Shown: one piece after another, positions 57,532 through 64,000 of the stretch | Numbering within the stretch: position 1 is the first letter of the stretch | How the letters are laid out: the number at the start of each line of letters is the position of its first letter | From: Candidatus Poribacteria bacterium | Lineage (GTDB): Bacteria; Poribacteria; WGA-4E; WGA-3G | Reading direction: 5' to 3' | Assembly (NCBI GenBank): GCA_963665235.2 | Contig: CAXXLX010000001.1 | Span: 3,328,001-3,392,000, forward strand | Length of the DNA: 64,000 nt | Translations under genes and position numbers: made by a program | Notes under the pieces: model-generated | Databases searched by the model: none | The model's input: only the letters and a program-made list of their open reading frames with translations | Told to the model about the DNA's origin: nothing

Positions 57532-60144
57532 ATGATAAAAAGATTACTGATTATATGTTGTCTGTTTACGGGTGTCATCGCTATCAACCGATACGCTTAT
57601 GCACAAGAGGTGTCAATACCCGACCCGAATTTGGCATCCGCAATACTGAAAACTTTTAATCTGCCACAAACGGCACCGATTACACAAGACTTGATGCAGG
57701 AATTAACAAAACTGACTGCACAACGGGCACAAATTAGCGATTTAACAGGGTTAGAGCATGCAACAAATTTGACCAATTTAAATCTAAATTCTAATCAAAT
57801 CAGGGACATTAACGCGCTCTCAAAATTGACGCAATTAAAGGTCTTGGCACTTGGGTCTAATCAAATAACCGATATTAGTCCCCTTGCAGGACTGACAGAA
57901 TTGCAGACTTTGTGGCTCAGCTCAAATCAAATACAAGGTATCAGTGCACTAATAGGGTTGACGCAATTAGAAAACCTATTCCTTGGATCCAATCGGATTA
58001 GTGACATCAGTCCTCTAATGGACTTAACTAAACTGGAGTATTTATCTCTCTTTTCAAACCAAATAAAGGATGTCAGTCCGCTCTCAGAATTGACACAATT
58101 AGAGGTATTATCCCTCATATCTAATGAAATCAGCGATCTCAGCTCACTTACAAGCTTAACGAATTTGTCGGAGTTGTATCTCAATAACAATAAAATTAGC
58201 GATCTTACACCGCTTGCCGGATTGACACAATTGAATAGTTTATGGCTTGGATTTAATCAAATTAGTGCGCTAAAACCACTTCGGGAGTTGACACAATTGG
58301 TGGAATTAGACCTTGAATCTAATCAAATTCGCTTCGTCAGCGCGCTAAGAGGATTGACAGAATTGGAAAGTTTATCACTTAGCTCCAATCAAATAAACAG
58401 CGTAATCTCGCTCCAAGCATTACCGAATTTAGAGGAATTATATATAGCGGACAACCCGATTTCAGATATTTTTCAAATCCATCAACTGATTGCTGCAGGA
58501 GTTGAGGTTGATTTTGAGACTTCAGTGCCGCACGAATCGCAAGTCGCGCTAACACGGATGGTATTCAATGAGATACGCAACGCCTCGGACGATAAAAACG
58601 ACTGGATAGAACTCAAAAATATCAGCAATCGAAACATTTCCCTCGCCGAATGGGATCTGAGCATTCTTACACGTCAAGGAACAGAGGTTGAGCCAGAGGT
58701 GTCTGTCGTAGAATTTCCTGATTATACACTGCCAGCAGGTCAAATTTTGTTGGTAGCGAACACCGAGCCGAGGGAGAACACACTGCTGCGGGGACAAAAC
58801 ATCGGAACGCCAAATATCAGAGACGGTGCACGACATCAATACCTTGTCGCTGAAAGACTCAAAATACCGAACACACAATATATGTTAATCTTGCGAAGCG
58901 AACAGGATAAAAACGACACACAAGAAGCAATTGAAGATGTCGCCGGAACGTATTTCTTTGACAAGCTCACAGCAGACCAACCCTTAGCACAGGGAACAGC
59001 GTGGCAGCGTGCAACAGTCCAGCATGTAGGCTATGCTGTTGAGGCGTGGCGTGAAAGTGGGTATCAAGGTGGGGTTGGTTATCAGCCGAAAGCACCTGAA
59101 GCAACAAGCCCCGGCACCCCCGGTTACCCCAATAGTCTGCTACTGAATCAAAAATACACCGGGCAGATAAGCATCAGCGAGGTCATGTTCACTAACACAA
59201 TCGGTAACCGAACGGTACCCCAATGGATAGAACTTTACAACAACTCCACAACGGAGACAGTGAATCTCAGTGACTGGAAGATAACAATTGAGACCCGAGA
59301 AGGGAAAAGACATCGAAATGCAATTCTCACATTTAAGGATTTGAGAATCTTGCCGAATCAGACAGTGCTTTTAGTATCAGGAACAGCTGCAAAATCTAGC
59401 AATTTACCAGAGGGACGAATCTACAATCTTATTGTTCGACATCCTGCGGAAATTGTGTTTACGTTCGGGGGTAATAATGTGTTGAGTCCGGACGGTTTTT
59501 TCTTGGAGCTGTCAACACCGGATGGGAATGTGGTTGATACGGTTGGAAATCTTGACGGTGATAGCGAAACGCAGGACACTCCCTTATGGGAATTACCTTC
59601 TGGAGCAACGGAGAATGGGGCGCGCAGTTCTATACTGAGACGTTATAATCGCGAAACACGGATACCACTTATAGGTACAGAGGCGGCAAGTTGGCGGAGC
59701 GCGACAGAGGCCAAACTCGGTAAATCTACTTACTACGGAAATCAGACAGATATAGGCAGCCCTGGTTATACACCGGGCGGTGTGTTACCTGTTACCCTAT
59801 CCTCTTTCAACGTAGAACGGACAGATGGAGGGGTTGTCATCAAATGGACAACCGAATCCGAGATTGAAAACGCAGGATTCAATATCCTACGCAGTGAAAC
59901 AACAAACGGCAAATTCAAGGTTATCAATCCTACGATGATTCAGGGGGCTGGCACAACGGGGGAACGGAATGATTATAGATGGACAGATACCACCGCTAAA
60001 CTGAATGTCGTTTACTATTATCGGATAGAAGATGTATCATATTCGGGTGTTCATAAGCAGTTAGCAACCGTTCGGCTGAGAGGACTTGTGTCTGCCAAAG
60101 GTAAACTCACAACCCATTGGGCAAAAATGAAAATCCACGACTAA
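57532..60144 (+). CDS. Secreted LRR protein with two lamin-tail domains
   Basis: Signal peptide, internalin LRRs, FNEIRN..WIELKN and ISEVMF..QWIELYN with (T/S)PG motifs, LPVTLSSF module, and a VSAKGKLTTHWAKMK tail. Confidence 0.9.
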   Translation: MIKRLLIICCLFTGVIAINRYAYAQEVSIPDPNLASAILKTFNLPQTAPITQDLMQELTKLTAQRAQISDLTGLEHATNLTNLNLNSNQIRDINALSKLTQLKVLALGSNQITDISPLAGLTELQTLWLSSNQIQGISALIGLTQLENLFLGSNRISDISPLMDLTKLEYLSLFSNQIKDVSPLSELTQLEVLSLISNEISDLSSLTSLTNLSELYLNNNKISDLTPLAGLTQLNSLWLGFNQISALKPLRELTQLVELDLESNQIRFVSALRGLTELESLSLSSNQINSVISLQALPNLEELYIADNPISDIFQIHQLIAAGVEVDFETSVPHESQVALTRMVFNEIRNASDDKNDWIELKNISNRNISLAEWDLSILTRQGTEVEPEVSVVEFPDYTLPAGQILLVANTEPRENTLLRGQNIGTPNIRDGARHQYLVAERLKIPNTQYMLILRSEQDKNDTQEAIEDVAGTYFFDKLTADQPLAQGTAWQRATVQHVGYAVEAWRESGYQGGVGYQPKAPEATSPGTPGYPNSLLLNQKYTGQISISEVMFTNTIGNRTVPQWIELYNNSTTETVNLSDWKITIETREGKRHRNAILTFKDLRILPNQTVLLVSGTAAKSSNLPEGRIYNLIVRHPAEIVFTFGGNNVLSPDGFFLELSTPDGNVVDTVGNLDGDSETQDTPLWELPSGATENGARSSILRRYNRETRIPLIGTEAASWRSATEAKLGKSTYYGNQTDIGSPGYTPGGVLPVTLSSFNVERTDGGVVIKWTTESEIENAGFNILRSETTNGKFKVINPTMIQGAGTTGERNDYRWTDTTAKLNVVYYYRIEDVSYSGVHKQLATVRLRGLVSAKGKLTTHWAKMKIHD

Positions 60145-60165
60145 ATTCCAATTTTTCCCGCATCT

Positions 60166-60900
60166 TCACGGACTATTCCGGCGCATGATGCTCAGAATTT
60201 GCCCCGTCATCCCGCTGGCGGGAGGTTGCGTAGCGAGGAAAAGTGCCGAGGCCACAACCTGCTCCGGCTCCTTCCACGGGTCGCTTTTTGCCCTAAAATT
60301 ACCGGTATTTTCCCAAGCAGGTTTAGAGAGCTCCGTTTTGACAGGCCCGGGTATCAGCACATTAGCAATAATACCGTCCTGCCACACCTCCTCCGCAATC
60401 GCTTGCGTCAATCCGTGCAAAGCTGCCTTTGACGCACAGTAGATGCTGAGGTTCGCATGCCCCACCTGTCCCATCCCGGAACCGATGTTGATGATATTTC
60501 CGCTGCCCTGCTCCTGCATTATAGGCAGAACTGCTCGACAACAGTAGACAACCCCCATAACATTAACCTGCCATCCCTGTTCCCACTCTTCATCGGTTGT
60601 GTCTAAAAACAGGCCTCTCGGATTGATGCCCGCGTTATTGACGAGAATATCTATCTGTCCGAACCTGTCCACCGTTGTTTGGACAAGATGTTCCACTTCA
60701 GAACGTATTCGCAAATCGGTTTTCACTGCAAGAGCTTCGCCACCCTGCTCAGCGATTGCTGTAGCAACCGCGTCGAGTTGCTCAATACTGCGGGCAGCAA
60801 TAACGACCTTCGCGCCTTCCGCAGCGTAAGCAGTTGCGATAGCTTTACCGATACCGCGTCCCCCGCCTGTGATAATAGCCACTTTATCTTTAAGTTGCAT
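60166..60900 (-). CDS. Short-chain dehydrogenase/reductase
   Basis: TGGGRGIG, NNAG, YCASK. Confidence 0.95.
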   Translation of the reverse strand: MQLKDKVAIITGGGRGIGKAIATAYAAEGAKVVIAARSIEQLDAVATAIAEQGGEALAVKTDLRIRSEVEHLVQTTVDRFGQIDILVNNAGINPRGLFLDTTDEEWEQGWQVNVMGVVYCCRAVLPIMQEQGSGNIINIGSGMGQVGHANLSIYCASKAALHGLTQAIAEEVWQDGIIANVLIPGPVKTELSKPAWENTGNFRAKSDPWKEPEQVVASALFLATQPPASGMTGQILSIMRRNSP

Positions 60901-60933
60901 AGTTAATTCTTTCCGATTTCATTGAAGAATATG

Positions 60934-61758
60934 TTATGAACGTTTTGGGCGGTTCCACATATTCATCAGCCGTGTTAGCTGGGCTTGCCCCGACCTGACT
61001 TTTCGTTCCAAATTTTTAGCGAGATGCGTTAGCAGGTCGACCCCGTTTGTCTTTGCATCCTCTACCTGTTGTTTAAGTTGATAGGTACGTCCCGACTTGA
61101 GCCGGCTTATCTCTAGACGCAATTCACTTGCTGCGCGGTTTAGGTTTCGCAGTTCAACCTGTAGTTTTGCATATTTTTCGGTACCCGTTTCGTCCGGCGA
61201 CATTGCGGCGACAGCTTCTCCGATGCTTAACCGCTCTAGAATTTGAATATCCTGTTCCTGATATGCGCGATTGATGAGCGGCATCAGCTCTTCTCGCCTT
61301 TGCTGCTCATCCGTATCCGCACTTTTATCTGGGTGGTATCGCTTGGCGAGCTTTCGGTAGAGCGTTTGCAAATATTTTGCCTTTTCCTCCGGAAGTTCGG
61401 GCTCTTCAGGTTTTGGGGCTTCCTCCGCCTTTTCTTCATAAGCTGCGAGGCGGGCACGATTTACTCGGAAACAAGATTCCACGCGCGCCTCTATCTCCGC
61501 CTCATTCACCGCCTCTCGGCGCAGTTGTAATCGGAGCTGGTACTCCTTAGTTTCAAGTTCAACCTTATCCAATTCCTTGTAATAGTGTCCGATATGTGCA
61601 TTGTAGCGGTGCTGAAACAGGTCAACTTCCGCCTTGAGATGCTCCCTGGTCACGGTGAGCTCTTCCACCTGTCCCCGTTTTGCTTCAATAGCCTCCACTA
61701 GCAGGCGTGTCTCTTTTTCATTGTTGCTATTGATATAAACTAAGGTCTCAGGTTTCAT
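60934..61758 (-). CDS. Coiled-coil J-domain (DnaJ class C) protein
   Basis: LYRKLAKRYHPDK...INRAY flanked by coiled coils. Confidence 0.88.
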   Translation of the reverse strand: MKPETLVYINSNNEKETRLLVEAIEAKRGQVEELTVTREHLKAEVDLFQHRYNAHIGHYYKELDKVELETKEYQLRLQLRREAVNEAEIEARVESCFRVNRARLAAYEEKAEEAPKPEEPELPEEKAKYLQTLYRKLAKRYHPDKSADTDEQQRREELMPLINRAYQEQDIQILERLSIGEAVAAMSPDETGTEKYAKLQVELRNLNRAASELRLEISRLKSGRTYQLKQQVEDAKTNGVDLLTHLAKNLERKVRSGQAQLTRLMNMWNRPKRS

Positions 61759-61877
61759 CAGTTTTTCTCATGTCTATCTGCACCCTCTAGTGACGGACTG
61801 AGCTTAACGGTTCAACGGAGGTATCGATTCAACGGAATAGCGCGCGGTGTGCGCGCCGACCGTCTCTAAAGGTGCTA

Positions 61878-62258
61878 TCACCTATCTTTACGGGAATACA
61901 CTACCCAGGTAATCCGGCCCCGTGTTAGGTCATAGGGGGATAGTTCCACGTGTACCTTATCGCCCGGCAACACTCTGATGAAAAACTTTCGGAGTCTACC
62001 GGAGATATGCGCGAGAATCAGATGCTTATTTTCCAGCTCTACGCGGAACATTGCGTTCGGCAAGGGCTCAACGACGATTCCCTCGACGACAATTTTATCG
62101 CCTTTAGAGGGGGCACGTGGCGATTCTGACGTTTCGGCATCATTATTGTTATCGAGATTTTCCTGTCGATCTTTCGGTCGTGAATTCCGTTTTGAGCGAT
62201 TTGGGTTATTCTGTCGCTTCCGCGACTTTCGGTTATTTCCTGAGGGTCTGCGATTCAA
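61878..62258 (-). CDS. infA: Translation initiation factor IF-1 with a long N-terminal extension
   Basis: [39 protein letters not shown]; AAGGAG RBS before a TTG start. Confidence 0.93.
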   Translation of the reverse strand: MNRRPSGNNRKSRKRQNNPNRSKRNSRPKDRQENLDNNNDAETSESPRAPSKGDKIVVEGIVVEPLPNAMFRVELENKHLILAHISGRLRKFFIRVLPGDKVHVELSPYDLTRGRITWVVYSRKDR

Positions 62259-62331
62259 AATAGAGTCTCCTTTGTTAAAGGTTACAGTTTTGTAGAGGCG
62301 GCTTATACGTGCTAAGCTGCGCGTCTACCTG

Positions 62332-63126
62332 CTAAGTTTGTGCTTCTGCACTAAAATATTTCCCGGCACTGACAACAAGTTCACCGAAATAATCGGTTGC
62401 AAGTTTCAACTCCTTTTCCGCATCCGCTTTATCGGCACTTGTTGAAACCAGGTCAACGGGCATTGTGTTTTTCTCCGCATCGCGAAGGGAAACATAAGCC
62501 TTTAAATAAACGTTTGGATGGCGTTCCATCACCTTCTGCATCAGAGGTGAAACCTCCGCCTCAAACATACTCACATAAACACGCACAGTGATAATTTCTG
62601 CGCGATACCGTTCGGCAATCAAAGGTTGAATATGTGTTTCAAAGATTGCCTTCATTTCACGCGGGGGGCCCGGCATTAACATGAGTGTAGATTGTTTATA
62701 AGCAACACTAATGCAAGGTGCCCACCCTGCTGGATTCTGAAGTACTTCCGCTGTTTCTGGCACGGTAGCCATTTTGGTGAGTGCTTCATTGAGCACGTCG
62801 TTATCGGACATATCGCGGCGTTTCCGAAATTCCGCGATAGTCTCTTCGCTTACAACCGGTTTTTTCCCGATAAGCGATGCGACAACCGCCACGGTCATGT
62901 CGTCCGGTGTCGGCCCGAGGCCGCCTGTTGTGAGGATAAGCGACGTTTCCCGCGCAATTGCGGACTGCAACGCCTCATGCATCTCCTCAAAATCGTCGCG
63001 CAGCATGGTTACCCGCCGCAATTCCCCGCCGTGCTGAAGAATTTGTTGTGCTATCCAATGGGCATTGGTATCCTGAATCTGCCCAAGGACTAACTCGGTT
63101 CCGATTGAAAATAGTTCAATTGCCAC
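62332..63126 (-). CDS. CinA-like molybdopterin-binding-domain protein (N-terminal CinA domain only)
   Basis: IGTELVLGQIQDTNA, TTGGLGPTPDDMT, MPGPPREM; AAGGAG RBS before GTG at 63126. Confidence 0.88.
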   Translation of the reverse strand: MAIELFSIGTELVLGQIQDTNAHWIAQQILQHGGELRRVTMLRDDFEEMHEALQSAIARETSLILTTGGLGPTPDDMTVAVVASLIGKKPVVSEETIAEFRKRRDMSDNDVLNEALTKMATVPETAEVLQNPAGWAPCISVAYKQSTLMLMPGPPREMKAIFETHIQPLIAERYRAEIITVRVYVSMFEAEVSPLMQKVMERHPNVYLKAYVSLRDAEKNTMPVDLVSTSADKADAEKELKLATDYFGELVVSAGKYFSAEAQT

Positions 63127-63139
63127 TATCGTCTCCTTC

Positions 63140-64000
63140 TTACAAAACCCGCTTGAGGAATTGAAACGCACCAACCCCGTGAAAACGGTGGTCTGCGTCA
63201 AACGCCTCAAATCCTAATTTATCATCAGCACCGAAAACCTTAAAAATTGCTTTCGCTTGGTCCACTGCGAATCGGGTCGCTTCAATCGGGAAGATAGTAT
63301 CCTCGGTACCGGACTCAACAAACAGGGCGCGCGGGGCAATCAGCCCGGCGATATCGTACATCTCCGCATATTTTAACACATTCGGTATGTAATTGTCTAT
63401 ACAGTGGCTAATACTCAGGATGCTATCTCTGAATGTGTTGAAATAGCCGCTGACAACAGCCGCTTTGACGCGTCTATCGGTGGCTGCGGTGAAAAACGTT
63501 GTTGTGCCACCGCCAGAAATTCCCATGACCGCAAGTCGGTTCATATCAATCTCTGGGCGCGTTGCCAAATAGTCCAGGGCACGCATTGCATCGTAAACCC
63601 GCCACCCGACCATCGTGTGCCCGAGGAGTAGGGCTGCCCCTGCGCTCGGTTGACATGAGGAGCTCCCCGCGCCTCTCTGGCATGCCAAGGTATCGCGCCG
63701 ATGTCCAAACCCGAACTGTTCAATAGCAAGCACAGCGTATCCGTGTTCCAGGCATTGCAGCGCGAAATCGTTCTGATACCCGCCGAATTCCGACCGCATC
63801 GACCCATCTTCCGCAATACCGACAATATCATCTACCCCCCTACCGTGTCCTGCTAAACAGAGCACCGCTGGGCTCGGCACTGCGGCATCAAAACCCTTCG
63901 GAAAGAGTAGATAGCCAAAGACCGACATAGATGGACGGCTCTGAAACTGCACCGTTTCACGGATATAGGTCCGAAACTCGTCGGACGCTAACACCTGCGG
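63140..64000 (-). CDS. Alpha/beta hydrolase (dienelactone hydrolase/acetyl xylan esterase-like), 5' partial
   Basis: GISGGG nucleophile elbow, RALDYL, IAPRALFVESGTED, H; the ORF runs off the window edge. Confidence 0.88.
   Translation of the reverse strand, partial: PQVLASDEFRTYIRETVQFQSRPSMSVFGYLLFPKGFDAAVPSPAVLCLAGHGRGVDDIVGIAEDGSMRSEFGGYQNDFALQCLEHGYAVLAIEQFGFGHRRDTLACQRGAGSSSCQPSAGAALLLGHTMVGWRVYDAMRALDYLATRPEIDMNRLAVMGISGGGTTTFFTAATDRRVKAAVVSGYFNTFRDSILSISHCIDNYIPNVLKYAEMYDIAGLIAPRALFVESGTEDTIFPIEATRFAVDQAKAIFKVFGADDKLGFEAFDADHRFHGVGAFQFLKRVL

Noticed and set aside
47910-60144. Diversity-generating retroelement acting on the LRR proteins
   Set aside because: No reverse transcriptase and no template/variable repeat pair with adenine-specific differences was seen.

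Overview
Bacterial chromosomal window that looks like Candidatus Poribacteria (sponge symbionts). This is an inference from the protein repertoire: a giant TPR protein, LamG proteins, internalin-type LRR/Ig adhesins, and 'LLPNYPNPFNPETWIPYQL' and 'V..xxKxxTxWxxxK' C-terminal tails. Housekeeping genes (rtcB, thrS, iscS, uvrC, trmB, glnD, nth, infA) sit among accessory genes: a 3399-aa secreted TPR/LamG protein, a 3203-aa LRR/Ig/CARDB surface protein, a VapBC module and several pseudogenes (sat, an AAA-nuclease, a TA remnant, a dockerin/CTD remnant). I found no rRNA, tRNA, CRISPR-Cas, integrase or transposase gene. The most interesting signals are non-coding. (1) A protein-free 500-bp IS200/IS605-type element has intact ends and a near-consensus promoter for a ~390-nt structured RNA that runs out through the right end, like a stand-alone omegaRNA with extra 5' domains. 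(2) A ~230-bp segment carrying sigma70 and sigma54 promoters lies between 120-bp inverted repeats upstream of the adhesin cluster. (3) A ~500-nt structured leader precedes a LamG gene. (4) Several dispersed repeat families occur: GTAG-REP tandem arrays, a covarying MITE and a GATTCTAA-core element. (5) One block of genes is disrupted mainly by small insertions. All calls come from reading the sequence; no database search was run.
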